From IMG/VR virus record IMGVR_UViG_3300028903_000203: DNA of 64,000 nucleotides; one strand, given 5' to 3'. The stretch comes from an uncultured virus (IMG/VR IMGVR_UViG_3300028903_000203) (lineage: Duplodnaviria; Heunggongvirae; Uroviricota; Caudoviricetes). The translations under genes and the position numbers were made by a program. Numbering within the stretch: the first letter of the stretch is position 1; the number at the start of each line of letters is the position of its first letter. This document shows positions 18,859-27,910 of the stretch, piece by piece. Under the pieces are notes generated by a model that was given only the letters and a program-made list of their open reading frames with translations, searched no databases and was not told the origin of the DNA.

Positions 18859-18917
18859 CAGCGCGGGTGGCGCACCGGCAGCACGGTGTCCGACGTACCC
18901 GGTACAGGAGAACACTC

Positions 18918-19646
18918 ATGCGCGTAACGAGCCACCCCCAATACCAACTCCACCTCCAGCGGCTGGCCCGCTATGAGCGGCTCCGCCAAGCGGTGACGCG
19001 CTGGCGGGCCACGGGCACTCCGCTGGTTGTGGACCGAGCGGAGCCGGACGGGCCACTGGTCTGGTCTGGGCCGGATGCCGTGCGCCTGGCCCAAGCCGTG
19101 GGACAAGCGCTCATCGAGCACAATCGCATCATCTGGCAGGACTTTCCCTTCTGCCGCCGGTGCGGCGGACTGTGCTGCGCCGACCGCAGCGCCTATTATG
19201 ATGATGATGTATTCGGCGACGAGATAAGTCTCCTGCTCCTAACCTTGTTGGACTTGCCGGCGGTGACGCTGCCGGACGAGATTCCAGTCGCGCCGGCGGA
19301 CTGCATCTATCGGGCCCCACAAGGTTGTATGTGGTCGCCAGTCGGCCGGCCATGGCCGTGTGCTTTGTTCTACTGCGATGGGGCCGAGGGCGGGGGCCGC
19401 CAGGACACCCCGGAGGCGCAGGAAGAGTATGAGCGGCTGGTGGACACCCTTGAAGCGGCCCTGATTGTCCGGCTGCGGCACACTGCCGTGGGGGAAGTGT
19501 TTTGCCGGCTGGAGCCCGACGCTACGGAAGACGACGCCGGCAGCCTGTTTTGGGACCCGGAAGACGTGGCCGGGGACCTGCAATCGGCCATCGAGCAGGT
19601 GTTCCTGGCCGCGTTCCGGGCCAGGTTTCTCGCCGGAGGCGGATAA
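18918..19646 (+). CDS. YkgJ-like CxxCxxCC Fe/Zn cysteine-cluster protein
   Basis: CRRCGGLCC...CIY...GC...RPWPCALFYC. Confidence 0.65.
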   Translation: MRVTSHPQYQLHLQRLARYERLRQAVTRWRATGTPLVVDRAEPDGPLVWSGPDAVRLAQAVGQALIEHNRIIWQDFPFCRRCGGLCCADRSAYYDDDVFGDEISLLLLTLLDLPAVTLPDEIPVAPADCIYRAPQGCMWSPVGRPWPCALFYCDGAEGGGRQDTPEAQEEYERLVDTLEAALIVRLRHTAVGEVFCRLEPDATEDDAGSLFWDPEDVAGDLQSAIEQVFLAAFRARFLAGGG

Positions 19647-20020
19647 TGTCGCGCAACCAGCGGCAAAGCGACGCCGTGCCCGCGGCCATCCAGCAGGCCC
19701 TGGATCGCGGGTTGGCCCACCAGTTTGCGGCCTACATCCGCCGGCACCAGGAGCGGTATCGGTTCCCCGAGATTGGCGGCGCGGTCACCCTGGCCGGCCT
19801 CTGCCGCCGCTTCCGCGTCTCCCAGGCCGTTGCCCGGCGGGCCATCGCCAGCGTGCCTTTCCTAGCTGTTTCCGAGTATGCCTATCGGCCTACGAGCAGG
19901 CGGGACAGCGTGCCATTGGACTCACCAGAGGCCGGCGAAATACTCGTGGCCTCATTCCTGCCACAGCACTGGCCGGAGGCCCCCTGGGGGCGACGGATCG
20001 TGGTTCTCCTGGAGGAGTAA
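19646..20020 (+). CDS. Hypothetical protein
   Basis: GGAGG RBS, TAATG coupling. Confidence 0.55.
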   Translation: MSRNQRQSDAVPAAIQQALDRGLAHQFAAYIRRHQERYRFPEIGGAVTLAGLCRRFRVSQAVARRAIASVPFLAVSEYAYRPTSRRDSVPLDSPEAGEILVASFLPQHWPEAPWGRRIVVLLEE

Positions 20021-20048
20021 CCCCCTGCCCGGTCGGCTGGTACTGTAA

Positions 20049-20076
20049 TGGTATAGTGCGAAATCGCAGTAAAGCA
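20049..20076. repeat. 28-bp quasi-palindromic site, copy 2 (TGGTATAGTGC GAAATC GCAGTAAAGCA)
   Basis: Core and right arm identical to copy 1; at a convergent +/- junction. Confidence 0.85.
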
Positions 20077-20079
20077 CAG

Positions 20080-20125
20080 ACTAACGGCGGTTAGACTAAG
20101 CATCCCTAGTCTAACCGCTGTTAGT
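20080..20125. repeat. 19-bp inverted repeat containing two CTAAC-N4-GTTAG boxes
   Basis: ACTAACGGCGGTTAGACTA-8nt-TAGTCTAACCGCTGTTAGT. Confidence 0.7.
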
Positions 20126-20336
20126 TGCGCCGGGAGAGTCTGTTAGAGAGCGGCAACTGGCGGTAGCCGGCCCACCAGACCGTGGCCGAGCTCTGCGGTC
20201 TGGTCAAGGAATGGCGGAGCGGGTGCCGCGGGCACAGCCTATGCCGGCCGCTTGAACAGCAGGAGGGGGGTTTTCCAGTAGTAGTCGGGGACAACCCCAA
20301 CCAACTCCCACCCCCTCGGCCCCCAGCTTGTTCAAC

Positions 20337-20675
20337 TTAGGCAACGCCCATCAACAGGGCAAAAATGCCGGGGAATGCGACGACCGCAACGGGAACCACC
20401 ACCGCCCGTGCCCGTCGCCAGAACGACACTTGGGGACAGAGGGCCCCCAAAAACCAGGCCAGGAGATAGGCGGTTACGGAGGTCACTACCGATGCCCCCG
20501 AAATCGCTGCTAGCCACCACCCCCAGGTTGCCGCAGACCACCCGGTTGTTGTCCCGGTGATTTGTTGTGCGACAGTTGCCAGCCCGGCCAGTAGCATCGT
20601 TGCGAGCAGTGTCACACCGACTGCCAGCCAGAAAGCTCTGTGGTCTGAGTTGCGATCCTTGTCTTGGGCTTCCAT
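20337..20675 (-). CDS. Small membrane protein
   Basis: GGAGGAG RBS before MEAQDK; hydrophobic segments. Confidence 0.6.
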   Translation of the reverse strand: MEAQDKDRNSDHRAFWLAVGVTLLATMLLAGLATVAQQITGTTTGWSAATWGWWLAAISGASVVTSVTAYLLAWFLGALCPQVSFWRRARAVVVPVAVVAFPGIFALLMGVA

Positions 20676-20802
20676 TGTGTTCTCCTCCACACAAGCGCAC
20701 CTATTCCAATATCTACGTTGTCTCGCTCTGGAAGGTTTCCCATCCCTGCGCCTGGCCTTGGCAGTTGATGCTAAGCGGGCTACCGCGCAGTGGGTTGACT
20801 GG

Positions 20803-21579
20803 TCATGCAGCCAGAAACGTCCTCCGCCATTCCGCCATGCGGTCAACGTGGTCGGCAGCAGGCAGGTTCTCGACTGGCAGTGCCGTCAAAGCTTGGGTCA
20901 CCCGCTGAATAGCGTGATCGAGCCCAAAGTGCAAAGCGGTGTACAGGGCCATCTGCTCGCCGGGAAAGGATGCTGGCCCGAGCAGGACGCGGGCGGCAAT
21001 TAGCGCCTTCTCTGCGGCGCAGAGGTCGGCCCACACCCGCCCCGCCACGCCGGACCCATCCAGCTCTGCGGCGCAGAGGTTGGCCCGCACCCGCCCGGCT
21101 TCGCCTGACCAGTCTACAACCGCCGCCAGCCGGTTGGTGGCCACACACAAGTGGGGCGTCACCGCCGCCAGGGGAGCAAACACGGTCAGTGCTGGGAGGT
21201 GGAGAGAGGCCAGGTGCCGCAGGCCAGGGTCGAGCACCGCCGTGCCTACAAAGTAGCTAACCCCGGCGAAGGCCGGGTGTTCCACCGCCCGCACGGCCAT
21301 GCTGCGGGCCGCAAAACAGTGCAGCCCCTGGGCGGCACAAGTCACCGCCAACTGACCTGCGACGCCCTCCAGGGTAGGCTTAGCCGGGGAAGCCACCAGG
21401 GTAATGACCGCCAGCCAAAATGGCTGCGGGGAGCGCTCTACGTGTCGCAGGCGTACATGGCGCACCCAGCCATCGGCATCACGCAGTAGAGCACGCAGCA
21501 CCGCCTGCCAACTGGCGGCCATCCAGCCCGTGGTGTATCCAACGACGAAACGAGTCGCTCGTGGTGTGGACCAAGACAT
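20803..21579 (-). CDS. Hypothetical protein with internal 18-aa duplication
   Basis: AAGGAG RBS before MSWSTP; AGRV.A.LCAAE occurs twice. Confidence 0.55.
   Translation of the reverse strand: MSWSTPRATRFVVGYTTGWMAASWQAVLRALLRDADGWVRHVRLRHVERSPQPFWLAVITLVASPAKPTLEGVAGQLAVTCAAQGLHCFAARSMAVRAVEHPAFAGVSYFVGTAVLDPGLRHLASLHLPALTVFAPLAAVTPHLCVATNRLAAVVDWSGEAGRVRANLCAAELDGSGVAGRVWADLCAAEKALIAARVLLGPASFPGEQMALYTALHFGLDHAIQRVTQALTALPVENLPAADHVDRMAEWRRTFLAA
21010..21110. repeat. 54-bp-period tandem duplication inside CDS
   Basis: CTCTGCGGCGCAGAGGT starts at 21010 and 21064. Confidence 0.7.
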
Positions 21580-21592
21580 ATCCGTTTCTCCT

Positions 21593-22246
21593 TTAGCAGC
21601 TCGCGGGCGCGGTAGCCACGGCCAGCTCTGCGCCGACCTGTCCGCGCAGCTCCGCCCCCAGCACGCCGCTCGCGGTCTGCTCGCACAGGTACAGAAACAA
21701 CTGGCGGCAGGCGTCCGCGTCGGCCAGGGCCCGGTGCGCCTCACTGGTGAAGGTCAGGCCGCACTGCTTGACCGCGAGCGCTAGCTTCTGCCAGCGGTAC
21801 GAGTCGTGGATGGGATTCCACTCCCCCCACCAGGCGGCGTACATGCGCATCAGGTCCTGCCACCTGGCGACCATCGGCGCTGGAAGCCGGTGTAAGGCGC
21901 AGCTCCGCGCTACGGCCTGCTCGTCGAAGGGAGCGTTGTAGGCGATGATGGTGCGGCCGAATAGGAGTTGCTGCACCTTGGCATGGTGGTGGTCCCATGC
22001 CGGCAGATGCGCCACCATGGGCGGGGTGATGTGGTGGACAGCCTGCGCGCCGGCACTGATCGGGCCCACTGGCTTGACCAGGGTGTGCAGCAGGACCGCG
22101 CCGGCCAGGTCCACAATGGCGATGTCCAATACTTCGCCGTTTTCCTGCGCGGTCGTTTCGGTATCGAGAAACAGGGGATCGGCCTGTCGCAGCAGGGCCA
22201 GCCGCTCGGCCAGTTTCTGTAGGATGTAGGCTCGTTTCTTGTCCAT
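21593..22246 (-). CDS. DEDDh 3'-5' exonuclease (DnaQ/epsilon-like)
   Basis: LDTETT, AVHHIT, AYNAPFD, AHRALADA. Confidence 0.9.
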   Translation of the reverse strand: MDKKRAYILQKLAERLALLRQADPLFLDTETTAQENGEVLDIAIVDLAGAVLLHTLVKPVGPISAGAQAVHHITPPMVAHLPAWDHHHAKVQQLLFGRTIIAYNAPFDEQAVARSCALHRLPAPMVARWQDLMRMYAAWWGEWNPIHDSYRWQKLALAVKQCGLTFTSEAHRALADADACRQLFLYLCEQTASGVLGAELRGQVGAELAVATAPASC

Positions 22247-22379
22247 GTTCTCCTGGCGGCGAATCCGCCAGCCTCCTTTGTATGCGGGCTACAGGGTCAC
22301 TGGCCACGCGCCCCCAGCGCTGTCGGTGACGGCTATGGCGACATTGGCGTTTCTGTCGTTATCCATAGTAGGCTCCTTG

Positions 22380-23570
22380 TTAGCTCTCAGCGGGAGCATC
22401 TTCCGCCGCTGGAGGCACGCCTTCCCGCTCCCCCGCGGGGTCTGGGGGTGGGGCTTCGTGGCTATCGTTCCGCCGCCTGCGGCCCATAGGGAGGGGGCGG
22501 GGTGGCAGGACATAGAGGCCACCCCTGTGCAGATCGGCCCCAGGCGATGCGAGCCAGTGCGGCTCGTCCGGCCCTGTCTCTGATGCGGCATCCGGAGCGG
22601 CGGCCGGGCCAGCGGCGGGCCGGCTTAGCTGCCCGTTGGCGTCCAGCAGGTGCGCCGTTGGTTGGGGCGGCGGAATAAGGCTCCCTCCGCCAGGGAGATT
22701 GGGAACGGGCCGCGCCATGTTCCCGGGGTATTGCCACAGCAGGCCGCCACCCCAGTCGGGCTTCTCGACACGCACCTTGCTCCCCCCTTCTCGCCAGCGC
22801 TGCCCGTCGTCCTCGCGGCCCGGCTGAGCCAACTGCTCGCGTAGGAGCTTGCGGGCCTCGGCCTTGGTGAAGGCAAAGACCGCCCCCAGCTTGGTCGTGT
22901 CATCGGCCGCAATGGCCAAGTAGTAGCGCGGCTGGTGGGGCCGTCCGGCCTTGGGCCGCTGCTGCACCTGGGGCAGCTCCAGGTCACTAGCCTGGGCCAC
23001 CCACACCCCCCCGCGCTTGCGGGCGGAAGGGAGGAGGCCGGCGGCGCAAAGATACTGCGCTTGGCGGGCGCTGATCCCCAGCCGGGCCGCGATCTCGGCG
23101 GTGGTCACCACGGCCGGCAGCTCCAGGGCCACCCGCAAGATTTCCCCCGCCGTCTGCATGTCCCGCACCTCGCGCTCCAGGAACGCGCTGGGCGTTTCAC
23201 CGACGTCGAGCGCGGGCCAGTCCCAGTAGCGTTCGGGCCGGGAGTCCAGGTAGCCTGGGCCAAAGGTCTGCGCCAGTGCGGCTACGTAGTCGTCCATCGT
23301 CAGCCCCGCCGGCACCGGGGCCGGGTTGCGCCGCACCAGCTCCTCGTGGGTCCAATGGGAGCGGATAGCCACCATGCCGGTGTCACCGAAAGTCATGGCA
23401 ATGCCGCTGGCTATGCGGCGCGCCAGGGGCGAAAGGCGCGCCAGGTCCACCTCGTAGGGCAGTATAAGCTGATCGGGGGGCAACTCCGTCCCCTTCGTTT
23501 CTTCTTGGTAGCGGGCCGGGGTCACCACAAACAGGAGTACCCGCGTGGCCGCTTCGTTTTGCGCAGTCAT
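22380..23570 (-). CDS. Protein with central excisionase-like HTH DNA-binding domain
   Basis: VTTAEIAARLGISARQAQYLCAAGLLPSARKRGGVW...RPKAGRP. Confidence 0.6.
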   Translation of the reverse strand: MTAQNEAATRVLLFVVTPARYQEETKGTELPPDQLILPYEVDLARLSPLARRIASGIAMTFGDTGMVAIRSHWTHEELVRRNPAPVPAGLTMDDYVAALAQTFGPGYLDSRPERYWDWPALDVGETPSAFLEREVRDMQTAGEILRVALELPAVVTTAEIAARLGISARQAQYLCAAGLLPSARKRGGVWVAQASDLELPQVQQRPKAGRPHQPRYYLAIAADDTTKLGAVFAFTKAEARKLLREQLAQPGREDDGQRWREGGSKVRVEKPDWGGGLLWQYPGNMARPVPNLPGGGSLIPPPQPTAHLLDANGQLSRPAAGPAAAPDAASETGPDEPHWLASPGADLHRGGLYVLPPRPLPMGRRRRNDSHEAPPPDPAGEREGVPPAAEDAPAES

Positions 23571-23572
23571 GT

Positions 23573-23941
23573 TTATCGCTCCTTCGTGTCCGGCGGGAGC
23601 CGCTCCGACAGCATGCGTTCCAGCCGCGCCATCCACTGCTGCTGCCGCTCCTGCTCTGCCTTCTGCTCATCCTTGGCCAGCCGTACCGCGCTGCCAACGC
23701 GCGCCACGACCAGGATGACCACTACCTTGCAGGCCGTGCCATACGCGATGGTGGGCAGCCCAATGTCCGGGGCAACCCAGGCCCAGAGCATCTGAATGAC
23801 CCAGGCTAAGCCCAAGAAGGCTCCCCCGAACAGGATGACGATACCGAGCACGATCAGGACTAACCTGACCCAACCCGGCCCGCCCCAGGAATCCATCCAG
23901 GTCCGGAATCGGCTGATAAGTTTGTCCGTGATATGGTCCAT
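23573..23941 (-). CDS. Membrane protein
   Basis: Two hydrophobic segments plus charged tail; AGGAG RBS. Confidence 0.55.
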   Translation of the reverse strand: MDHITDKLISRFRTWMDSWGGPGWVRLVLIVLGIVILFGGAFLGLAWVIQMLWAWVAPDIGLPTIAYGTACKVVVILVVARVGSAVRLAKDEQKAEQERQQQWMARLERMLSERLPPDTKER

Positions 23942-24048
23942 CGCTCGCGCACTCCTCGCTGCTTACGGGCAGCAATGTCAAACCGCGGGGCCGGCGCGGC
24001 GGGTCCTCAGTGTTACCCGCCAGATGCACTGTGGTCGGCCCAACGCTA

Positions 24049-24465
24049 CTAGGGACACGGTATACCCCCGTGCTCGGGTCCGGGCGGAATCAGCCCCCGC
24101 ACGTGTTTGTCAAACCAGATGCGCCACGCTGCGCGGGGCGTAATGACCACCGGAAAGTAGAGCTGGCCCGTGTAGTTCAGGTTGGCGCTACCGATGGCGT
24201 AGTACACTTCCGGGCGCGAGCGGCACGGGTTATCCCGGAGCACGATGTCGCCCTGGTCGTTGACATAAGCCGCCCGCCACGGCGAAACACCCAAGACTCG
24301 CGCCCAGAGCAAACTACATCCGGCCCAGAGCTTGGTGCGCCAGGTGATCCGGGGCGCGGCCCGACGGGCCAATTCGCAAGGGGGCAGGGGAGCGCGTCCT
24401 CCGGTGTCCTGGCCTCTGTCACCTGGCTGGGGCTGACACTCTACGGTTGCTCTTCGGGATAGCAT
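24049..24465 (-). CDS. Hypothetical protein
   Basis: AGGAGG RBS before MLSRRA; overlaps the TGT-like gene end. Confidence 0.45.
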   Translation of the reverse strand: MLSRRATVECQPQPGDRGQDTGGRAPLPPCELARRAAPRITWRTKLWAGCSLLWARVLGVSPWRAAYVNDQGDIVLRDNPCRSRPEVYYAIGSANLNYTGQLYFPVVITPRAAWRIWFDKHVRGLIPPGPEHGGIPCP

Positions 24466-25727
24466 GTGTCCTCCTGCACGGCAAGCAATGCTGCCGTCAC
24501 CTGGCCGGCTGCGCTTGCCGGACGCGGGTGCGCCGGCCCAAACAGCTCCAGTTGCGTCGTCTGGAGGTGCTGTTGCAGCTCCTGAACGGCCTCGGGGTCG
24601 CGCAAGTTCGGGAGCAGCGGCATCGGGGGAAACTGCCACAGGCCGGCATAGGCCCCCAGGATGCAGCGCAGGTTAGCCGCCATCAGCTCCTCGATGGTGA
24701 ACAAGGACTGGGCCCAGCCCTCCAGCGACAGCATGACGATCTGCCCGTCCTTGACCACCCCGAAGCGGTCGCATGCCGCATCGAGCAGCCACCAGGTGCC
24801 GTCCAGGGAAATGCGGTCGAGCAGGCCCAGGCTGCCCAATCCGTTGACCACCTTGTAGTTGGCTTGTCCCAAAGCCCAGAAATGGTGGTCGGGGAACAAG
24901 CGTGCCAACTCCGCGATGTACCAGTGGCGGACGTCGCGGGGGATCGGTCCTCGGACCATGCCCCCCAACCCGATGAGGGAGGAACGCGCGGCATAGTAGC
25001 GCAGCACGGGGTCGCGGGCCGCGAGCCGAGCGTTCGCCACCGCGCAGCGGGCCTCGTCCGGCACGGCCCGCCAGTTCACGCCGGCCATCGTGGCGTGGTG
25101 GTCATAGCTCTCGCGCACCTGCCACACGGGGAAGCACCCCCGCTCTGGCCCATAGCCGGCCGCGCACATCCAATCAAAGTTGGTCTGGGTCACAGCCTGG
25201 TCTCCAATCACGTCGAAGGCGGCGAACCCTTCCGGCCCGAGGAGGTCAATGGCTGCGAGATACGTCTCGCGGCTAACCCAGCGGGGCGCGTGCCCGGTAT
25301 AGAGCCGGTATGCGCCGGCGTCCAGATAAAGGGGCATGACTCGCCGACCAGGGCCAAAGACTTCGGCCCGTCCGCTGCGCCAGCGCAGGTGCGGCTCGGT
25401 CCCGTTCCCCGTGCCGGTGGTGCAGGCCAGGTACGAGAAGTCCACAAAGTAGACCCCGTGCGCATAGGCTATCTCGGCGGCCCGGTCCCCCAGCCCGCTG
25501 CGCTGCGTGTCACCACGAGGAGTGAGCATCCGGGGGAGGCGTTGACGGACCTTGCTGGACAGATAGCCAGCAACGCCCGCATGGGCGGCCCGGGTAACGC
25601 TCTGGTCGTTGAGCCCAGCGATGCCCACAGCGGCCCGGACTTTACCCAGGTGGTCCAGCCCGCCAATGCCCAAACCACTGGCGGAGCGAGGATCGGCAAT
25701 CGTGGTGACACGGTGTTCGCTGCACAT
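24441..25727 (-). CDS. TGT/DpdA-like TIM-barrel (tRNA-guanine transglycosylase-like) protein
   Basis: LYLDAGAY, AAFDVIGD...N, FPVWQ, IGLGGMV, FWALG, ISLDGTWW in TGT motif order. Confidence 0.65.
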   Translation of the reverse strand: MCSEHRVTTIADPRSASGLGIGGLDHLGKVRAAVGIAGLNDQSVTRAAHAGVAGYLSSKVRQRLPRMLTPRGDTQRSGLGDRAAEIAYAHGVYFVDFSYLACTTGTGNGTEPHLRWRSGRAEVFGPGRRVMPLYLDAGAYRLYTGHAPRWVSRETYLAAIDLLGPEGFAAFDVIGDQAVTQTNFDWMCAAGYGPERGCFPVWQVRESYDHHATMAGVNWRAVPDEARCAVANARLAARDPVLRYYAARSSLIGLGGMVRGPIPRDVRHWYIAELARLFPDHHFWALGQANYKVVNGLGSLGLLDRISLDGTWWLLDAACDRFGVVKDGQIVMLSLEGWAQSLFTIEELMAANLRCILGAYAGLWQFPPMPLLPNLRDPEAVQELQQHLQTTQLELFGPAHPRPASAAGQVTAALLAVQEDTCYPEEQP

Positions 25728-26230
25728 CAAGTTTCCTCATTCCATCCGGTAGCAGCGGTGAGCCAGGCTTTGAGCAAGTGGCCGCGCACACCAATCGGTC
25801 CCTGCCCGTACCGCACCGTGGAGGCGTGGAGCAGTAAGGCTAGCCCGGCCGCAGGCGGCAGCGCCGGCAGATAGTCATGGCCCACTTCCACGTAGACCTC
25901 TGTGACCGGGCCATAGGATGCTAGCCGCTGCCGCACCGTAGGCGCAAGCTCTAGGGCCCGGGTGGAGGTCATCCGCAGTTCATACGGCTCCAGTACTTGC
26001 TCCGCTGGCACCAGCCCGTACTTGGCGGAAAGAGCTAGCACCCGCACTGGCGCGGCCCCTTCGCGCTGTGCTCGTCGGAGCACTCGCCAGAGAACCCCAT
26101 CGTACAGTTCAAGTGCTGGCCCTGGCACGGGCCGCTTACGGCCCGAGCAGGCCAGGATCAGCAGGCGGGACCGGGCCTGGCGGTGCGCTGGTCCCCGTGC
26201 CGGAATGGCGAGATGGGTCTGGACTTGCAT
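25727..26230 (-). CDS. DUF6884/YaaA-like protein
   Basis: ILACSGRK...ALELYDG.LW...LSAKYGLV...LEPYELRM. Confidence 0.75.
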   Translation of the reverse strand: MQVQTHLAIPARGPAHRQARSRLLILACSGRKRPVPGPALELYDGVLWRVLRRAQREGAAPVRVLALSAKYGLVPAEQVLEPYELRMTSTRALELAPTVRQRLASYGPVTEVYVEVGHDYLPALPPAAGLALLLHASTVRYGQGPIGVRGHLLKAWLTAATGWNEET

Positions 26231-26239
26231 CTCGTCCTC

Positions 26240-26665
26240 CTATGACGCCGTGGTTTCCGGACCGCCCGCCGCAGCCGCGCGCAGTTTAGCCCGGACGTCG
26301 GCGGGCAGGCCGGCCAACAGCGCCTCGATCTGGTCCAGCAGCTCCCGCTGCCGCGTCAGCTCCGCCGGTGCATCATAGGTGCAGCGCGGGTGGCGGCCCA
26401 GGCGTTGCCGCCAAGCATCCAGCTCCGCCTCTTCCTCCGGCGTCAGCGGCTCCCCGTAGCCCAGGCGGCGGTCAATCAAGCTGCGCATGTGCTGTGCTTC
26501 TGGCGTATCGGGGTACTCGACCAGTACGGCGTCGCCGGGGGCGATCCCTGCCGCACGCAGCACCGCGTGGTCAGCGGCCGTTAGTTCCTCCCCCCGGAGG
26601 TATTTCAGCATCACGGGGTGAGTGGGCTCTTGGGCATCGGCTAAATGGAAGCGGGGAGTGGTCAT
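26240..26665 (-). CDS. Hypothetical protein
   Basis: GAGGAG RBS, ATGA overlap. Confidence 0.55.
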   Translation of the reverse strand: MTTPRFHLADAQEPTHPVMLKYLRGEELTAADHAVLRAAGIAPGDAVLVEYPDTPEAQHMRSLIDRRLGYGEPLTPEEEAELDAWRQRLGRHPRCTYDAPAELTRQRELLDQIEALLAGLPADVRAKLRAAAAGGPETTAS

Positions 26666-27228
26666 CGGCTCTCCTCGAGCGGGGCACTGACCGGCGCAGC
26701 TCGCACGATGGGCAGAATCCCGCCCGACTTTTGGGACCAGTCACTGCTGTAGAACTGTGCGAGGTACTGCTTCGCCTCCAGGGGCGGCTCGCGCCCCTGG
26801 AAAGAGACGGCGCGCTGCGTGTGCTCGCCCGAGTACATCCACACTTCCAGGTACTGCGCTCGGCCACAAAGGCCGCTGGGGGCTTCGGGCGGCGTAAGCC
26901 AGGCCAGCTCTACGGGCGCGACCCGCCTGACCTGGAGGGTGACAGCCGCATCGACCTTGACTTGGTTCAGCACCTGGAGCAGCGCCGCCACGGCTTGTTC
27001 CTGGGTCGGGCCGAGGGCCACCCCCTGCAAGGAGTAGCTTTCGCTCGTCGTGCTGCCGATGCTTACCACCCAGCCTTTTTCCGTGGGTGGATCGGCGGGA
27101 GCCACTCGGTAGCCCGCCGCGCGCAGCGTCGCAGCGAGCAGCTCCAAGAGCGCCGGCCGGTGTTCTGGATTGGTCAGCAGACTGGAAACCTGTCTTTGCA
27201 GCTCAGAGAGTGCGGTAGAATCGCTCAT
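26662..27228 (-). CDS. Hypothetical protein
   Basis: AAGGAGG RBS. Confidence 0.6.
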   Translation of the reverse strand: MSDSTALSELQRQVSSLLTNPEHRPALLELLAATLRAAGYRVAPADPPTEKGWVVSIGSTTSESYSLQGVALGPTQEQAVAALLQVLNQVKVDAAVTLQVRRVAPVELAWLTPPEAPSGLCGRAQYLEVWMYSGEHTQRAVSFQGREPPLEAKQYLAQFYSSDWSQKSGGILPIVRAAPVSAPLEESR

Positions 27229-27314
27229 CAGGTAAATCCTCCTTGCGGCTACGAGTATCTGGCGGCACCAGATGCGCTGTTGCTGCCAGGTTCTGGCCGA
27301 GGCACAGAACTACG

Positions 27315-27662
27315 TTATAAACCACGAGCAACCTCTTGGTCTGCGGCGGTGCTTTCCGGGCTGGCGCGCCGCCGCTGTTCGGCCGCAATCCAGTCGACGA
27401 CCTCCTGGTTGCAGCGGTAGGTTTCCGCCGCGTTATGGGTGTACACGACCCTACCAGTGTCACGCCGCCGGACGATCAGCTTGTTGCCTTCGCGCCCCCT
27501 GCCGGGAGAGCGCAACTGCGTGTGGGTGCCCGCCAAGAAGTAGTGGCGGTCGGTGCTGAAGCTCACGCGCTTCAGCTCAGTCACCAGGTCAGGGAACGTG
27601 TCCTCGATCAACCGCGCCAGCGCCTTTAGGCGGGGAACCATAGTCCGCTTCTGGGGGGCCAT
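27315..27662 (-). CDS. Basic hypothetical protein
   Basis: GGAGG RBS, TAATG coupling; HNAAETYRCN. Confidence 0.55.
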   Translation of the reverse strand: MAPQKRTMVPRLKALARLIEDTFPDLVTELKRVSFSTDRHYFLAGTHTQLRSPGRGREGNKLIVRRRDTGRVVYTHNAAETYRCNQEVVDWIAAEQRRRASPESTAADQEVARGL

Positions 27663-27910
27663 TATGCTATTCCTCCGGCTAGGGCGGGCCTGGTTGCGTG
27701 GCCGGGGCGGGGCCCTGGACAACGAGTAAGATAACCCTGGTCCAACGCAGTTTGGTCCCGGGCGGCATGGAGAGCGACCAGCGGCCCGCTATGCCCGCTG
27801 GGCCGGCGGCAGCGCTGCCCTGGCGGTGCCCCACAGACCGGGCAGGCTACTTCCAGGGCGGGATCGCGCGGCCATTCCTGACCACAGACTGAACAACGGA
27901 CGGTCATCAT
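27662..27910 (-). CDS. Phage-type zinc-finger protein
   Basis: CSVC...ALEVACPVCGAPPGQRC...H..R. Confidence 0.65.
   Translation of the reverse strand: MMTVRCSVCGQEWPRDPALEVACPVCGAPPGQRCRRPSGHSGPLVALHAARDQTALDQGYLTRCPGPRPGHATRPALAGGIA

Noticed and set aside
20079..20126. Canonical integron attC or an integron
   Set aside because: Too short, 4-nt spacers, no extrahelical bases, no intI and no array; kept only as attC-like.
20130..20336. Convergent intergenic region with ACCAGACCG...CGGTCTGGT hairpin as ncRNA
   Set aside because: Single hairpin, with no clear promoter or family match.
22289..22366. 25-aa ORF MDNDRNANVAIAVTDSAGGAWPVTL with AAGGAG RBS
   Set aside because: Plausible but too short to support without homology or ribosome data.
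24447..25874. Long antisense ORFs (e.g. 24447..25874 +, 4042..5355 +, 2580..3776 +, 49780..50823 -, 41809..42825 +)
   Set aside because: Shadow frames of GC-rich genes that have recognisable motifs and RBSs on the opposite strand.
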